DNA of 58,540 nt from Verrucomicrobiota bacterium (lineage in GTDB: Bacteria; Verrucomicrobiota; Verrucomicrobiia; Chthoniobacterales; Chthoniobacteraceae). The stretch covers positions 1 to 58,540 of the forward strand of contig JBAXQF010000001.1 of NCBI GenBank assembly GCA_037131875.1. Direction: 5' to 3'. The position numbers and the translations under genes were made by a program. Positions 56,771 to 58,540 of the stretch are shown in pieces. The number at the start of each line of letters is the position of its first letter. The stretch's first letter is position 1. The notes under the pieces are model-generated. The model saw only the letters and a list, made by a program, of their open reading frames with translations. It did no database searches and was not told the origin of the DNA.

Positions 56771-58261
56771 CTAGTCTTTCGACTTCAGTTGGGATGCCGC
56801 CACCTGCAAGCCTTGAGCCGCCTGCATGAGTTGCTCAATGGCATCGCTATTTTGGCGCAGGGCCTGGGCGGATTGCTGCGCCGTGTCACCCAGTTGCGTG
56901 AGCGCCTCGCTGATCTGCCCCGCGGCGGTGGATTGCATCTGCATGCCCTCGTTGACCGACTCGAAGCGCGGCGACAACGCCTGCACCTGCTGGATGATCT
57001 GAACCAGTTGCGCCGTCACGCCGCAAACCTCCTCATTGCCGCGTCGGACTTCCTCGGCGAATTTATCCATCCCCATCACCCCGGCGGAGACGGCGGATTG
57101 CATCTCCTTGACCATCTGCTCGATATCGTAGGTCGCCACGGCGGTCTGGTCGGCCAGGCGGCGGATTTCCGTCGCCACCACCGCAAAGCCCTGTCCGTAT
57201 TCGCCCGCCTTTTCCGCCTCAATCGCCGCATTGAGCGAGAGCAGGTTGGTTTGGTCGGCGACTTTGTTGATCGTCGTGACCATGGTGTTGATGTTGGCCG
57301 TCTTCTCATTGAGAATCGCCAGCTTGCCGGAAATGCTCGCGGTCGCGCCCATGATCTGGCCCATGGTCGATTCCAGGCGCGAGAGGCTCGCCTGTCCGCC
57401 CGCGGCAATCTCGGCGGTTTGTTCGGAGACCCCGGCCACATCGCTCATGGTCTTGCCGAGTTCCTTGGTGGTCGCGGAAATCTCCTTGGCCGTGCTGCCG
57501 ATCTCCATCGAGGTGGAGGCCACTTCATTCGCGCTGGCCTGCTGCTCCTTGAGCGTGGCGGCCATTTCCGTGGCGCTGCCGTTGACCTGGATGAGCGCCA
57601 GCATGAGGTTCTTCAAGGCGGCTCCGAGCATCTGGATCACGAGAGCGGCGACGCCGATGCACAACAGCACGCTGATCACGCTACCTGCCATCACAAACGT
57701 GTTGGTGGTGCTCACAGCATCGGAAATATCACTCAAAGATTTAAACGCATCCGCTTTGTCATTCTGCTCCATTGCCTCGACGGCTTTGGCAAACTCTTCC
57801 ATGGCCGGCACGTCTTTGTTCTCATACAAAAGGAGAGCCTCTTTGTTCTTCCCTTGGTTGACTAAGTTGATAACTTCGTCCCGGACGGCAAGATACTCGG
57901 CGCGCCGTTGCTTGAGCGCTTCAAAAAGTTTTGCTTCTCCACCAGGCAATACCAGTTTTTCACGTTCTGCAATGAGCTCCGAATTCTCTTTTGAACTCTC
58001 CTTAATCATCTCCAACGCGCGCGTTCTGATCACGGACTCTTCGATTGCAATCGCCCGCAGCACAGCTTCGTCATTCTGCCGCGCATGTTGCAGAATCTGT
58101 CCGGTGAGATAGAGCCCCGGCACTTGATTTTCGTGCATGTCATCGGATATGACCTGGATGCCTTTCAGCCGGATCACGGAGTAACCGCAGATTGAGGCGG
58201 AGAGGAGGATGACAACGAAGAAGCCAACCGTTACGAGTCTTTGGACGGTCCAGTTTTTCAT
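56771..58261 (-). CDS. Methyl-accepting chemotaxis protein (WspA position) with four-helix-bundle-type periplasmic domain
   Basis: TM1, helical sensor region and TM2. Signalling hairpin LLSLNAAIEAEKAGEYGQGFAVVATEIRRLADQTAVAT. The start at MKNWTVQR is preferred. Confidence 0.9.
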   Translation of the reverse strand: MKNWTVQRLVTVGFFVVILLSASICGYSVIRLKGIQVISDDMHENQVPGLYLTGQILQHARQNDEAVLRAIAIEESVIRTRALEMIKESSKENSELIAEREKLVLPGGEAKLFEALKQRRAEYLAVRDEVINLVNQGKNKEALLLYENKDVPAMEEFAKAVEAMEQNDKADAFKSLSDISDAVSTTNTFVMAGSVISVLLCIGVAALVIQMLGAALKNLMLALIQVNGSATEMAATLKEQQASANEVASTSMEIGSTAKEISATTKELGKTMSDVAGVSEQTAEIAAGGQASLSRLESTMGQIMGATASISGKLAILNEKTANINTMVTTINKVADQTNLLSLNAAIEAEKAGEYGQGFAVVATEIRRLADQTAVATYDIEQMVKEMQSAVSAGVMGMDKFAEEVRRGNEEVCGVTAQLVQIIQQVQALSPRFESVNEGMQMQSTAAGQISEALTQLGDTAQQSAQALRQNSDAIEQLMQAAQGLQVAASQLKSKD

Positions 58262-58540
58262 AGGGAGAAATGAGGCTGCGGCCCCCGATGGATATGCCAA
58301 GGCAGCGACGCGTTGCTTTGACTGTGGGGGTTTCCCGGATGTTAAGAGTAGAGCATCAATTGGTCAACTGCGAAGAGTGGGAATTGCCTTGGAATGCGAG
58401 GTTTGTTCCCATCTGCGGCCAGTTAACGGGGGGGGGTAAAAGCCTTCTCATGCCGGGCTTTAGCCGGCATTCCGGGGTTTTGCCACCGGCTTCAGCCCTG
58501 ACATGTATACACATCGCGAAGCCGCCATCGTAGGGGAGGC

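Noticed and set aside
49172-57865. Plus-strand ORFs across the che cluster (49172-50299, 50124-50945, 51059-51892, 52080-53843, 53847-54977, 55091-56035, 56741-57865)
   Set aside because: Each is contained in a minus-strand gene with strong chemotaxis or two-component motifs. None has motifs of its own.
58301-58540. Small ORFs and hairpins upstream of the MCP gene (58209-58439 and 58270-58533)
   Set aside because: The ORFs have no motifs and overlap short GC hairpins (gccgggctttagccggc) of the same style as the dispersed repeats. This is most likely promoter or repeat sequence. The window ends here, so the context is incomplete.

Overview
This is a 58.5 kb high-GC (about 60%) chromosomal segment. 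Gene content and repeat style suggest a PVC-group bacterium, possibly Verrucomicrobiota, but that is inference only. I support about 50 protein-coding genes. I found no rRNA, tRNA, CRISPR array, transposase, integrase or phage genes. Most genes are housekeeping or envelope functions: bamA-skp-lpxD, lptF/G, lptD, rodA, ugd, mqnC, pyrD, dusB, proBA, gatCA, rplM-rpsI, mutS, dnaX-ybaB, queA and malQ. Many long ORFs in the track are antisense shadows of these genes and I reject them. The most interesting locus is a complete Wsp-type chemosensory operon on the minus strand (48161-58261), ordered MCP, CheW, CheR-TPR, Cys-CheW, CheA-REC, CheB. The position normally held by the diguanylate cyclase WspR is taken by two paralogous WspR-like receiver+stalk modules with different outputs. 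One carries a small C-terminal Cys/His-rich module. The other is a REC-HisKA-HATPase-pseudoREC-REC hybrid kinase. No GGDEF, EAL or HD-GYP motif is visible in the window. The second notable layer is non-coding. Intergenic space holds several families of palindromic or MITE-like repeats: phased CGCAAAG hairpins, TCAGGAA-TIR elements, GTTCCCAA hairpins and two 200-290 bp foldback elements. One foldback supplies the last codons and stop of a histidine kinase gene, and a CGCAAAG pair brackets a GxxExxY nuclease-like gene. Other observations: a candidate small RNA with a textbook terminator divergent from an XRE regulator, a YtrA-type GntR/ABC operon with an 831 aa permease fusion, and two low-GC islands.
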